Shown in pieces: positions 1 through 12,745 of a DNA stretch of 64,000 bases. A model generated the notes under the pieces. It made no database searches. It was not told the DNA's origin and worked only from the letters and a program-made list of their open reading frames with translations. A program made the translations under genes and the position numbers. Every line of letters starts with the position of its first letter. Within the stretch, counting starts at the first letter, position 1. The DNA is from Owenia fusiformis (Eukaryota), in NCBI GenBank assembly GCA_903813345.2, contig CAIIXF020000001.1, forward strand, positions 22,692,001 through 22,756,000, in the 5' to 3' direction.

Positions 1-138
1 CAAGACATTTCTGTTCCAATCATGGTTTGAATGTATATTTCAAAAAAAATGTGAGCTTTCCACCCCTCATCCAACAAAAAAAATATTTTACCATATTTCT
101 CATTTATTTGGAGTTTGAACAAAATAGATTTACTCTAC

Positions 139-3100
139 CTTGGCAGATGCCATCTTTAGTTTGAGCTTTTCACGCAATGTAAGCTTGAGATCTTTTCCTC
201 CTTTTGGAACAGGGCTCTCAGTAGACCCTGGAATGCATACATCTACTTTAGGCTTGGATAATACATGTATGTATGTATGTACATACTCATGTTCAGGTTA
301 AATGTACATGAAGTGTGCAATTATACTATAGTTTTTCATTATTTGTATTTTGTTTATTGAATGAAGGCAATAGTCTGGTTGAATGATAAATTCACTACAC
401 AATGAAAACTGTCGAGTAGAACCTCTGAGTATTGGTCCAAATATTCCACTTAAACAGGTTTTGGTTGATGTAATAGTAAATTCTATCTAAGTATTTTGTG
501 TTAAGCAGAAGATGTTCATAATATATTGACTAACCTCTACTTTCTTGCTTCCTCTCTCTTGGTGTAGGAGGCTTATCGGACTTGCTTGGTTTAACAGCTT
601 TTCGTGGAGTTTCACCATCTTCAATGTCACCATTGACAGCTACAACAGCTGTTTCTAATGAAAGTTCAATTCCAAAATTATTAAACAGGCAATCACCAAA
701 CTCATTTAATTACTCAAAGAATAAGAATCATTTGATTACACACTAAACTATACAAACAGGGCACCAAGAATCAAAGTTGTAATGTGTCTCTCAAAATATA
801 TAAGGCGGCTTAGCCTCATTAGATACAAACAGGGCACCAAGAATCAAGTTGTAATGTGTCTCTCAAAATATATAAGGGAGCTTAGCCTCATTAAATACAA
901 ACAGGGCACCAAGAATCAAAGTTGTAATGTGTCTCTCAAAATATATAAGGGAGCTTAGCCTCATTAAATACAAACAGGGCACCAAGAATCAAAGTTGTAA
1001 TGCGTCTCTCAAAATATATAAGGGAGCTTAGCCTCATTAGATACAAACAGGGCACCAAGAATCAAAGTTGTAATGTGTCTCTCAAAATATATAAGGGAGC
1101 TTAGCCTCATTAGATACAAACAGGGCACCAAGAATCAAAGTTGTAATGTGTCTCTCAAAATATATAAGGGAGCTTAGCCTCATTAAATACAAACAGGGCA
1201 CCAAGAATCAAAGTTGTAATGTGTCTCTCAAAGTATATACTGGAGCTTAGCCTCAATAGATATAATTTTCACTGCTTCACTGCAGTTTCCTGAGGTGTTT
1301 TTAATTCATGCTAGATTCATCGAATACACTTAAACAGCATTTTGCCTTTTTCAATTTACCTTCATCCTCTATAACCTCAATGACTCCATCATCATCATTG
1401 TCTTCCTCATCTTCGTGATCGACATCATCCTCATCTTCGTCTTCACCACCTGACAACTTCTGAGCTTCTAGAATTTTCTGTCTACTTCTTTTCTTCGCAT
1501 CGCGCATTTGTCCCTTGAAGTTCCCACCATCTGAGGCCAGCTCCTTTGTCAACTGTGGCAGAATAGCAGTATCAAAATTAAAAATGGATTACTTAATGAT
1601 TAAGTATAGTCATGTTTCAAAACATATCTAAGTTTTTCACTTGCATTAAAGAAGTAATCATAGGACAAGGGCTTCAATAGAAGCAAACAGTTTTTAGTGA
1701 TTTGTTGTTTAATTCTTTATCATTGTATCCTTTTCACCTGTTTTTGTTTGTCCTTTCTCCGCATAGTTAAGTTCTGCATCAAGGTCTCCGCTTCTCGGAC
1801 CTCATCAAGCATCTAAAAAATCATAAGGAATGAAAATTGCTGTTTGTCATTCATACAAATTATACATCTATATGGTCTTATTAGTTCTAAGTGCTTTCTT
1901 TTCACATCTAGACATTAAGATTTCATGTAATAAACAATTAGATTATCCCCCAAACATTCCTACAGCAGGCATCAACATGCAAAATGTCACCAACTACCAT
2001 TTGTTACACACAAAAAACACCATCCACTGAACACCAACCACCAATATCATCCACAAAAAAGCTGGAGAACATAACAACCTATGGTTGTGACATAATAACA
2101 GCAAATAACATGTAAATTTTTGAAAATTCTATGAGAATATTAGATTTGTGTTAAGTCCAATGATGCAGATTACATACCTCAGCATTCTGCTCTTGGCCAG
2201 TCATTGTTGTCATTTCCATCGCATCTTCTTCCATTGCAGCTGCCTACAAGCATGGTAATATGTCACATAGAAAAAATGTTATATAGGCCTCTTATATTAG
2301 GGAGCATATCAAAAGATCGATATTGGAAAAATAACTGTATTTACACAGTTAGGGAGGAGGGGGTCATTGGCCTAAAAAGTTAGCTTTCCGACATTGTTCC
2401 CGGGAATTCAATTAGTGATGCTAATTTCGTCCAGTACACTTCCGGTACGAAAAATTAAAGAAAAATGTAATCAAAACGGGAACATTTTTCTTTTTCATCG
2501 AGAGAGATTCCATCACTTTCAAGATGGCGGTTGGATTTTAAAGGGGATTCCCCGTTTGACTGGCTTGGAAGTGGCCCGGAAGTACCAATAAATGGAGGAA
2601 TTTGATGGTTGAAATAAGTTAAATATTACACGGAAATATTGAGATCAAAAGCAAAAATATCTTCATTCTGTCGATAAACCCAGACAATTGTGGATTCAAC
2701 TACACGAAAAAGATGATAAAATACCAAGGAATCTATTGAAGTAGGTATCTAAGTGTAAGAAGCGTAGAAAATTCTCCCATGTTGTAATCGTACAGGCAAA
2801 AGATTGAGACGCTCTCAAGACTATAGTCATGGCACCGGATAAAAGATAAATACCTCTTACTATGGCATATCCAATTTCTCAAACCAACAATAACTAATTG
2901 TTTATATCTAATAATATCGACAAATTCAGAGTCCAAAGGGGCTAATATAATCAATGAGCCAAAGATATATTTGTTCATCAGGTAGTTACAACTAAGTTTT
3001 AGAATCATGTGAAAAGTGAATAACGTGAGTTCTTACCCATGTATCATTCTTTGAGCGGCTGCTTCTCGGTGTGCGTTCATTATCACTTTGATCATGGTTA

Positions 3101-3159
3101 ACTAAACTTTCTTTCAAGTCCCTACGCCGTTGTCGAATTTTCTCTGATAATGTTGCCAT
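139..3159 (-). CDS. 5' part of a multi-exon gene encoding an acidic/coiled-coil protein; continues beyond the left edge; weak resemblance to the CC2D2A N-terminus
   Basis: Six GT-AG exons with consistent phases: 3159-3037, 2243-2178, 1812-1738, 1552-1360, 654-535, 227-139. They give MATLSEKIRQRRRDLKESL...EDEDEDDVDHEDEED...LTLREKLKLKMASAK with no stops. The identity is only a guess from the LREKL..A.AK segment. Confidence 0.75.
751..1262. repeat. Intronic minisatellite, about 7 copies of a 72-73 bp unit
   Basis: Unit tacaaacagggcaccaagaatcaaagttgtaatgtgtctctc... starts at 751, 824, 896, 969, 1042, 1115 and 1188. Confidence 0.95.
2400..2842. mobile_element. Copy of the MULE-like MITE family also at 29565-30123 (left boundary approximate)
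   Basis: Shares long blocks with 29565-30123 (aagatggcggttggatttt, caattgtggattcaactacacgaaaa, ggaatctattgaagtaggtatct) and ends with a similar ...ggataa terminus. Confidence 0.7.
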
Positions 3160-3681
3160 TTCAGGGTAAGCAATCTATTACATAGCTGACATTAATGATT
3201 TTTAATTCAGGTGATTTGGGTTATCACTTATTTTTGTGTATAAAAAGTAAATTGAATGGGCGATAATATGTTTGTTTACATTGATCACCGCCATTTCACG
3301 CACATGTAAGAACAAATTTTGTAGATTTATATGTCCCAGATTGTGAAGGAGTACTTCCGATTGAAGGTAGACATAATAACTCCAGCTCTTTATTTACTAA
3401 AAGTGTTACTTTCACCATTTTTGCACCAAAATTTGGGTATTTTTAAAAAAATGGCGCTGGAATTTTAGTCTTCCCACAATGCATCATTTTCAGGAGCATT
3501 ACTTGTTTTCATTTTTTCAAACCATTACTAACCGTTTTATATATTTTTATTCTTATTCATGCAAGTTATACAGAACACCATAGCATTGTGGTATAATAAT
3601 CATAATGAATAGACTAGCAGTTATTTGAAATAAAGCCTAATTTGAAAGTCAAGAAAATAATGCTCCCAGCATCCAAAAAGG
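3160..3681. promoter_or_regulatory. Probable bidirectional promoter between the minus-strand gene and MRPL55
   Basis: Divergent ATGs at 3159 (-) and 3682 (+). Contains YY1-like ccgccattt (~3288) and aaaatggcg (~3448), and ETS-like acttccg (~3353). Confidence 0.6.
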
Positions 3682-6600
3682 ATGGCACTTTTCATCAGGT
3701 AAATTTTGACTTCTTTTTATCTGATATCTGTGTAGACATGATATTTTACTTTAATTATGGTATTGTTTTTGATAAATCGATTCATTGCTAAAATTATTGG
3801 CTGTGACGGAGCACTTGATTTTGCATGTTTGCACTCCTTCAAACAGGAAGTTCAAGTCCCTGATATTTTTTTCAATATTTTTTGATGCTAGGCCTAGATC
3901 TAGTGCATCTTATCGAGGACCACTTTAGATTGTGGTCGTACGCGCGAATCATTGGTCAGTCAATGTTTTTACAAAGTTGGAGAAAATACTACGCATTGCA
4001 CACCTAAATGACCTACCTCGATACATTCCTTAGTATTTTAGAATTCTTTTTATGTAGTTGAATCGTCAATTGTATGGGTTAATCGGCAGAACGAAGAGGT
4101 TTTCGTTTTTGATAGCAATATTTGCGTGTAATATTTAACTTATTTCAACTGTCAAATTCCTCCATTCAGTTCCCCAGTACTGTCAACCCCTAAAGATTTT
4201 CTCGCGGGACAGATTTTTTAGACCCAGTGCCCAAAATTCGCGGGATTTTGCGGGACATCTACTAAATTCGCGGGATTTTGCGGGACATTTAAGGGATTTG
4301 CGTGATTGCGCTAATAGGAGATTTTTTTTATCAAATTCGCGGGATTTCGCGGGACCATTCGAGGGACAAACACCCTAATTGCGGGACAGTTAACAGGTGT
4401 ACCACCAAAAACTTCATAGAGGGACAGATTTTTTAGACAAAGTGCCCTAAATTTGCGGGATTTTGCGGGACATCCACCTAAATTTGCAGGATGTCCCGGG
4501 ACATTCAAGGGATTTGCGTGATTGGGACTAATGTAAAAGCGTGTAGAAGTACTTAAATCAAATTTTCAGATACTGATTAATCAAATATAATGCACCGTTA
4601 CATTGTAACTTAAATAAACGTCAACACAATTTCACAAAATACGCATAGGAATATTATTAAACTTTATTGTAATTTATCAAAAACAAAAACCATGCTTCAG
4701 GTGTGATTACCGTAATCTAACACGAAATTCAAAAATTCGGAACAATACTTTGCACTTCTGGCGTCGTGACCAACTATGAAACGCTTACCCCCATAATGTT
4801 ATATATTAAAATGTACCTATTCATATACTGTAGGCATGGGCTTTCAATTGAAAGCCCATGATATAGGGGTTCGATTAATCTACATCAAATTATAGGGAAT
4901 GAGGTTAATTTTCTAGATAGGGTTTGTATAAAAAACCTGGTACCGGGTAGTAAATCCTCCATGCTGGGTTCAAACTTGGTACCCGGTCGAAAAAAAACCA
5001 AAAAACGAAATATACGAATACACAACATAATTAGATCATCAGAAAACGTGTAAGATGTTTTGAATTTACAAAAATGTATGTAACTTCCTTCAAAATTGAG
5101 CTAGAAGCTTCAAATAAAAAGCATTTTAAGGCTCTTTTCTTCCTCTATCATCTTGGTCATATTTCCATTGGTAATGAAGGGGGGGGGGGGGTGCGATCGC
5201 ACCCCCTCCTGGCTACGCCAATGACATTGTAAGACGATTTGAAAAACAAGACAAATCAATCTTACTCTATTTTCAATAGTTCGTATGTTGGTACGTGAAT
5301 TGTTTTGATTATGATTTAAATCTGTAAATAGCTATCGTTGCTTTAGCAGAGAGGTGACGTGTGTTAATTTGCATGATGCAACGTGTAAGATTTTGATTAT
5401 TAATCATAATTTAAGTTATCCCAATTTATGACAAAATGTCCACTGAATTGTAAATTGTTATGTCTTACAATGTCATAGGCGTAGCCAGGAGAGGGTGCGA
5501 TGGTGCGATCGCACACCCCCCCCCCCATAACCAATGAAAATATGGCCATAACGATAGAGGAAGAAAAGTGCCTTAAAATATGCTTTTTATTTGAAGCTTC
5601 TAGCTCAATTTTGAATCATGTTACATACATTTTTGCAAATTCAAAACAAATCTTACACGTTTTCTCATAATCTAATTATGTTATATATTCGTATTTTTCG
5701 TTTTTTGGGTACCCGTTTTTTTTGACCGGGTACCGGGTACCAAGTTTGAACCCGGCATGGAGGATTTACTACCCGGTACCCGGTTTTTTATACAAACCCT
5801 TTCTAGATATCAGCGTACATTTATTGTAACTCGCGTTTGCTAACATTTGCTCAGTTCTGAGATGAAGGCCACACGGGTAGTAAAAAGGCCAACGTTGGAA
5901 CTATTTGTGACCTACATCCCTATTTTCGTAATTAAAATGAAAGTTGAACCCTTCCCCTTTATTTTGATACCAAACAACAGCATGCTAGGTACTTAAAATT
6001 AGGTAAACTTTACTCCTCAAAAGTGCAAAAACTTAGCTTCTTATATAAGATAAGATAATCAAAATATAGGGGATTGCAACAATTTCGGAAATTCGCGGAG
6101 GTCAAAGCCACATTTTGCGGGACTTCGCGGGACAATGCGGGACACGCAAATTAGCCTAATTTTGATCAAATTCGCGGGATAATCCCGCCATTCGCGGGAC
6201 ACTTGACAGCTCTGGTTCCCGGCATGCACCAGTCATAAGGGAAATCCCTGGGGAATTCCCCTTCCGACATTTTGAAAATTGCTGACATATTTCCGATGTA
6301 AAAACTAAAATCTTTGATTGACCTGAAGATTAGTGTCGCTTCATTTGCAAGAAGATGGATCAGATGACAGTAGTGACGCGCTATCTGGCAGTGACAGTGA
6401 TGATTGAATTTCTTGATTTTCAGTCTTTAGGCATGAACTAAACTAACGTAGCATGGGAGCTGCTTGTGCACTGATTCAACAAGTTAAACTTAGTCTGAGC
6501 CTTATTTCATATCTGATATCTTTTCAGCCTTTGGCTTGGTCTTCCAAGCATATTCCAGTGTCTATTTCATCATATTTGAGACCCATGTTCTACCAAAGGC

Positions 6601-8741
6601 ACTTCAGTGATTTTCTTCAAAGTCACCTACAATGCACCTGTATAATGCAGAACAATATGTTTTTGATGAGTATAAAAACTCTTGAGGGTTTATTTCTGAG
6701 AAAATAATTGTTTTAAATAGCGATTTATTGTATATGTGTTCTTTTATCTCAATCAGATTTAGAATACTACAGAACTCCATGATTAGAACATTTAGGATAT
6801 GAAAAAAACAGAAATCCTTATAGGTCTTCTAGAATGGATTCTAAAACCTTGCTAAAAAAAAGTGACACATATTACCAAACAGGGCTGTCAACTTGGGACC
6901 ATCTAACATGAGTGACTTCCAAATGTTGAACACCTTCCTTCAAACTTTGGACAGCTTCAGTGAACACTGGCAGATTTTGGACACCTAAAATTTTTCCAGC
7001 TCGCTGACGCTCGCTATTCAAGTCCGTCAAGAGGGGGGGGGGGGGGTAGGTGTAAATATTTTGGAAACAAATGCGTGATATATACACATGCTTTGTACCA
7101 AATGCGTGACATAAACGGCAATCGCGTGCAAAGACCGAACGGAATGCGTTCGCTTTTTTTCGCCGTTCGGTATTTTACTGTGTCTGCATTTCACAAAAAA
7201 CGATTTTTAAAAATTTCAACAAAATGCGTGCTTTGCGTGATATTTGATCATACACGCTTAATTGATGCGTGATTTCTATTTTTCCAGCAAATGGGTGACA
7301 ATCACGCCTAATGCGTGAGGGTTGACAGGGCAGTACCAAAGCACATTCTTGTTAATCAAATTAAATGATTATCTTCTCAAAAATGATGCAAAGTTCCATC
7401 TCAAAGTCTTTACCACAGATCAAGAATATATTGAACAACAGTTTAGGTAAATTTGATATGAATCGCTGCAGTGCCTTTGGTAGAACATGTGTCTCAAACA
7501 TGATGAATTTGACACTCTGCAATTTTCAGACGAGTACTAATAGGTAGCGAATGGGTGTCAGAAAATGTGGTACAGGGAAGTCTAAACGTTAACGGATTTG
7601 GCTGAAATTTTTTGTGCTTGGATATGACTATCAGGACAGGAGACCAGTTGGGCAAAAAAGAGCTTGATTTATAGAAAAAAGTCCAAAAATTGAAATTCCC
7701 TAAATTGCACTTCAGTGGCAGATCTGAAAGCTAACAAGGGGAGGGACACATTTCAAGGTAGAAAAGAGTAACAAAATATTAAAGACATGAACTATGGATC
7801 ACTGTTAATGAATGTTATATCTTGTTGCAGATCTGTGAGCAGAAAGTGTCTGCTAACAACGAGGCCTGAGACGAATATTGTATCTTGTTGCTACAACTCA
7901 AATCGTGCCAGCGTAACACGCATCCATCGCTATCTTTATCCTCGTATGTACCCAACTGTCCTTGTCCAGTCAGATGGTTCAACAATAACTGTCCGGTACA
8001 AGGAGCCAAGAAAAATTATCCAGGTATTGTGAAACTACATAATGATCACACTCAATATTCTATGTTATATGCCTTTTTCTAAAAAGTCTATTACTTCTGA
8101 CTTTTTCATGTTAATCCTTTGATTTGAAACATTATCTGGTACAAATTGAAAAATAGGCTTTTTCAGCTCTAATATTCTTATGAATTTGGACATTTCAGTA
8201 ACTTAATGCGCAATAACTTTGATCAAATATGGAATTAAATTAGAAATGCAAGGAAAAATACTCATTATTAAATTCTAACCATGATAAACTGGGTGTTTTA
8301 TGTTGTCAGAGATTCATAATATGCAATTTTTGATGACCTTGACTTAAAAATGTTAACTCAACTAATATTGACCCACATAAACATAGAACTTCATCTGACT
8401 TCTATCTTGCTTTTTAATTTGTGCCAAGTCAAATGTTTTGGGAAAAATAGTGATCTTAGACTTTATGCTTTGGCCAAGAGAATGAAAGCCTAAATGAAAC
8501 ATATATTTTATATTTGGGCATAGGTTTCTCAGATATTTAATATTGTATAATATGGTTAATTATAATTCTGTAATTCACATTTATATTGTAGTTGCCATTG
8601 GACCTATCCAAGCTGACAGAGGCTGAGAGAGTTGCACGAGTAAATAGACGTAAACCTAAGAAAAAACTCATCATAGACCAAGAAATTGACACTAGCTTCG
8701 ATGCCAATAAATACCTTAATCTAGGAAAATCAAAGAAGTAA
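3682..8741 (+). CDS. MRPL55: Mitochondrial ribosomal protein L55 (bL31m)
   Basis: Exons 3682-3698 (MALFI+AG, phase 2), 7831-8023 and 8592-8741, all GT-AG. Protein ...NSNRASVTRIHRYLYPRMYPTVLVQSDGSTITVRYKEPRKIIQLPLDLSKLTEAERVARVNRRKPKKK... fits the L55 signature (YP.VLV..DGSTI.IRY.EPR.I..LP.DL..L.E.ER). The first exon is the least certain. Confidence 0.88.
4175..6214. mobile_element. Non-autonomous hAT-like element with subterminal gcggga repeats, inserted into a MULE-like MITE copy
   Basis: Imperfect TIR cagtactgtcaa / ttgacagctctg; gttccc duplicated at 4169-4174 and 6215-6220; many (c)gcggga motifs near both ends; host MITE sequence on both sides (~4010-4174 and 6215-6300). Confidence 0.7.
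4919..5800. mobile_element. Foldback/hAT-like MITE with ~310-bp inverted arms and an 8-bp TSD
   Basis: Ends agggtttgtataaaaaacc / ggttttttatacaaaccct; perfect TSD ttctagat at 4911-4918 and 5801-5808; arms about 4919-5235 and 5462-5800. Confidence 0.88.
6880..7333. mobile_element. hAT-like MITE
   Basis: Degenerate TIR cagggctgtcaac / gttgacagggcag; taccaaa on both flanks; internal tgcgtga repeats. Confidence 0.6.
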
Positions 8742-8818
8742 AGAAAACATTGATACTGAAGACCTTCTTTTATAACTTAACCTAAACTCTAATTTGTGAA
8801 CAATTACCTATAACTGAT

Positions 8819-10003
8819 ATGAAAACTATCAAAATGGCGACTAATGACTTAAAAGTTCCACCAAAAATAAAGTGCATCTTATTTAGCGAGTTCCACCCCA
8901 TAACGGGCCCTAAGATCACATATCAGGTGCCGCAGGATTATATTACAAAGGAAGAATTTGACATGTTACACGTGTATATAATAACTAAACCAGATCTACA
9001 AAGCAAGGTGATAACTATCAATGCACTTGGACATAAAATTCTCGGCTGCCCCGTTTGCATTGAGAATAGGAAATATAAGAGGAATGCATTGATTTTCAAC
9101 TTGTGTTTTGTGTTTGATGCTTTGGCTGATACAACTTGTTACGAAGGAGTTGTAAAAAAACTGGCTGAGTATATGACAAGGTTGGAGCTTGAGAGTGGAT
9201 TCTTATCACAAAAAGGGAGCAGGTCTTTGCTCCCAGAGCTCCTTACCAGTGGGCTGAGAGATGTCAACGAGAACGGCACTTGTAGTATCCCCATTAACCA
9301 ATCAACAACCATTCGGCTGAAGGTCATCCCATGCCGTACTGATCCCGAACCAGTGCAAGGTCACAATGTGCCAATTTTCATCATTGATAAATCATCACTG
9401 CCGATTTCTCAATGGGATTTGACCACCCAGCAGTTGCTACCATACATCGATGGATTCTTACATGTTAGCAGGATTGCTGCGGAGGCTGATATTGATATCA
9501 ACATCGTGAAACTGTGTGTCCAGAACATGCTACAGCAAAGAGTCGTAACCCTCATATCTATCTTCCAATACAGTAATGTCTACACTGATACGCCATCTAT
9601 AAATATCCTCACGGAGAATATGGATATTCAGAATGAGGCTCTTAAGTTTGTCGTCAAGCAAGGTTCTGCACTCCCAGAATTCAAAGATGTGTTTGTGTTG
9701 TATTGTGGTTTGAATCCTGGTATTACTGTGAGAGACTTATGTGCTAGACATAACCCACATACACTTAGAGTTGATGAGCGGAAATTGATCCAGTTTGGTC
9801 TCATAAAGGGATTCATTCGAAGAATGCATAAATATCCAATCAAACTTCCCCATGGTGCGGGGTCTCAAAGGTTGCGCCACCTATATAAGTGGTTTGATGG
9901 GCGGCATTGTTACGATGAGATATGTTGTGAAGAGGGTATGTCGTATCAGGAACTTGATGATAAAATAGAGAATGATCCTAGTCTTATTGTACTATGGAAG
10001 TAG
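8819..10003 (+). CDS. NPRL2: GATOR1 complex subunit NPRL2, intronless, 394 aa (389 aa from the better-context ATG at 8834)
   Basis: Uninterrupted ORF with typical NPR2-family motifs: IKCILFSEFHPITGPKITYQVP, YKRNALIFNLCFV, WDLTTQQLLPYIDG, IFQYSNVY, DERKLIQFGL, DGRHCYDEICC, terminal WK. AATAAA at 10361 and 10428. Confidence 0.97.
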   Translation: MKTIKMATNDLKVPPKIKCILFSEFHPITGPKITYQVPQDYITKEEFDMLHVYIITKPDLQSKVITINALGHKILGCPVCIENRKYKRNALIFNLCFVFDALADTTCYEGVVKKLAEYMTRLELESGFLSQKGSRSLLPELLTSGLRDVNENGTCSIPINQSTTIRLKVIPCRTDPEPVQGHNVPIFIIDKSSLPISQWDLTTQQLLPYIDGFLHVSRIAAEADIDINIVKLCVQNMLQQRVVTLISIFQYSNVYTDTPSINILTENMDIQNEALKFVVKQGSALPEFKDVFVLYCGLNPGITVRDLCARHNPHTLRVDERKLIQFGLIKGFIRRMHKYPIKLPHGAGSQRLRHLYKWFDGRHCYDEICCEEGMSYQELDDKIENDPSLIVLWK

Positions 10004-10483
10004 GCTTATTGTACTACGGAAGAAAGTTTTATTGTACAATGGAAATTGTAAATGGTCTCATTCTGAGTAAACTCTGTCAAAATTAAATGTAGACCTTAGT
10101 TTTAATCCACTGTTTTATTGTACCATTGATATCATACATTCTAAAAACTGCCAATCCAGTTTAAACTCAGATCTTAGATTTCCTATACCAAAATCTCATC
10201 TCTCTCATCAAAGTTTCAAAAGCATTTGCTCTCTTTTATATTAAATAACCTTTTCAGAATTTGAAATTAGTTATTCCATTTTTCATTTCATTCAATGATC
10301 AAGATTTTTGGGTAGGCTGTTTTCCACTTTGATTTATTAAATTTGAATAGTTGTATCATAAATAAACTGAAGTCAAATGTGATTGTGTAAGAATTTAAAA
10401 AATGTAGAATCATTTTTTGTGTGAAGAAATAAAATGTAATTTTCAAATATACACTAAACTATAAGTTATGTTGATATATTTAG

Positions 10484-10686
10484 CAGTGATCTCCCCAGGA
10501 TTTTTTCTCAGGTGGGTGCAAAATTCCCATTTTCACAATTCAGATAAAATTTGGTCAAAATTTGCCAATTTTTCATGATTCTCATTTTCAAATGGGAGCA
10601 AATGGATTTTCAGGAGGGTGAAAGCCTATTTCCAAAATCTCAGGTGGGTGCTGTGCCCACTTGCTTTAATGCTAGGGAGATCACTG
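10484..10686. mobile_element. Short MITE with the same terminus family as 61037-62090
   Basis: TIR cagtgatctccc / gggagatcactg; no clear TSD. Confidence 0.7.
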
Positions 10687-11564
10687 TGTACTGTATAAGT
10701 GAAGTCATCCATCTGTCTGTTTCTCTTCAAAATGATCAAATTAAGGTCTTTTTTCAACTTGCTTCAGATTAAATTCTTGCTTCAATTTTTTTTTCAAAAT
10801 CATCTACAGTTCTCAGAAGTTCAAATTTGATTTTTAGACTTAGGACTTGACCTTCAATGACCTTCTCAAGGTCAAAAAGTTATTTTATCAACATTTTTCA
10901 AAATCATCTACAAGTTCTCTGAAGTTCAAGTCTGACTTATAGATCGAGCTCATAATATTGTGAACAATTAGGTGGTGATATTTTGTTGTGTCAATTGCCC
11001 CGTCTAATTTAAAATGAGCCATTAAAAATGTAAAATTGCAGTACTCCCCTATTAGACCATTAATGTTAAGGGAAGGGAGGGTACAACAAAGGATAGTACA
11101 TGTACTTAATTTACACATGAAAGATGATATTTGAGATTTTAGTATAAAATCCACAGGAATTGGAATACATTGTTGGTAATGGACATCAAACTGCCCATAA
11201 AAAGCAACAAGAACAATTTTATATCTATAAATATTAATAATTTTATTAGCACAATAAGAATCAAACATCTACAAGTTTCCATTGAGAAATAAAAAGTTTC
11301 CATTGCATGAAGGCACAGGACCCCCTCATATCTGTTTCAATTCCAGAGTTGAGGTGCGTGTCAGAAGAGGGGTAAGAGACTTCTAATGATGTAAATACCT
11401 GATAATATGATAAATATTTACAAACATACATAAATTAGAATTTATAAGAATTGAATTTGAAACCTTCATATATTGAGAAAAAGTGAATAGTAAAAAAATA
11501 ATAGCATTATACATGTACAATAACAACTTCATTCTTCACAAAAGCAAAGACATAAATGAGTATT

Positions 11565-11750
11565 CATAGGCGTAGCGCCTGGTACGCTGGGTACGCAGAG
11601 GCGTACCAGATGGTTGCAAAGTTGCTCCAAATACAACCAAATTTCAAAATTTTCCTGGACCCCAGACCCCCCCAAATGCTCGTTTTTGGCTTCGCTCAAA
11701 TCTTGTTCCCGCGGTGGCGTACTACTTAGAAATATAGAGCTACGCCCATG
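11565..11750. mobile_element. MITE with a 5-bp TSD
   Basis: TIR cataggcgtagc / gctacgcccatg; gtatt at 11560-11564 and 11751-11755. Confidence 0.75.
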
Positions 11751-12295
11751 GTATTAAATGCATATTCGATTGCCAGGTGTAGACAAAGCACCACTAGTGT
11801 CACCTATACAAATATAGAATTCATGGATTCAATTCCTCATGGTGTTAGCACATCAAGTGCAGGTCTACAATATCTTGAATATCATTTTGTTCTTTCCACA
11901 ATGTGCTTATTAATTTCAAAATGTTTAATTGCAACTAGTGTGGAAGATGGTATCAAATGGAATTCATAAATCAAGAAATTTTAACAAATTGCAAGTGCAT
12001 CACATGTATGAGTGATATACCACAGTTTACTATGACTAAATGACTGTGTACTAAACCAATATATTATGTGACAAAATGACATTACAATATAAACAGATGC
12101 ATTGTTGTATCCATGGTAACTTATATCAGAAATGTTCTGTTTGTTAATTTGGAGGCATTCGAAAATGTATCAATCTAAATTAACTGGTTGATATAATTTA
12201 TTTTACATAATTAAAAGTGAAATCTTAAATATTTCATTTTCAGACCCGTGATTCCATACAGAGTGAACTGTACACTACTTTTCTCATTTCAGACG

Positions 12296-12745
12296 CAATA
12301 CAGTTCTTGTGATCTCTCAATACAGACTATGTACTTGTGACCTCACAATACAGACTATGTACTTGTGACCTCGCAATACAGATTATGTACTTGTGACCTC
12401 GCAATACAGACTATGTATTTGTGACCTCGCAATACAGACTATGTATTTGTGACCTCACAATACAGATTATGTACTTGTGATCTCACAATACAGACTATGT
12501 ACTTGTGACCTCGCAATACAGACTATGTACTTGTGACCTCACAATACAGATTATGTACTTGTGATCTCACAATACAGACTATGTACTTGTGACCTCGCAA
12601 TACAGACTATGTACTTGTGACCTCGCAATACAGATTATGTACTTGTGATCTCACAATACAGACTATGTACTTGTGACCTCACAATACAGACTATGTACTT
12701 GTGACTTTAAAATACAGATAATGTTCTTGCGATCACAATACAGGC
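12296..12745. repeat. 28-bp minisatellite, about 15-16 copies, just downstream of the SPATA6 stop
   Basis: Unit caatacagactatgtacttgtgacctc(a/g); period 28 (for example 12318 and 12346). Confidence 0.95.

Noticed and set aside
7787-7830. ATG at 7787 as the MRPL55 start
   Set aside because: A good acceptor at 7830 and a phase-matched upstream exon near the promoter (3682-3698) fit better; not fully excluded.
8739-8821. Stop-codon readthrough fusion of MRPL55 and NPRL2
   Set aside because: The 77-nt spacer puts the ORFs in different frames, and the MRPL55 frame meets another stop (TGA, 8751-8753) soon after.
12296-12745. CRISPR-like array (28-bp repeats)
   Set aside because: Repeats are head-to-tail with no unique spacers, the context is eukaryotic and there are no cas genes.
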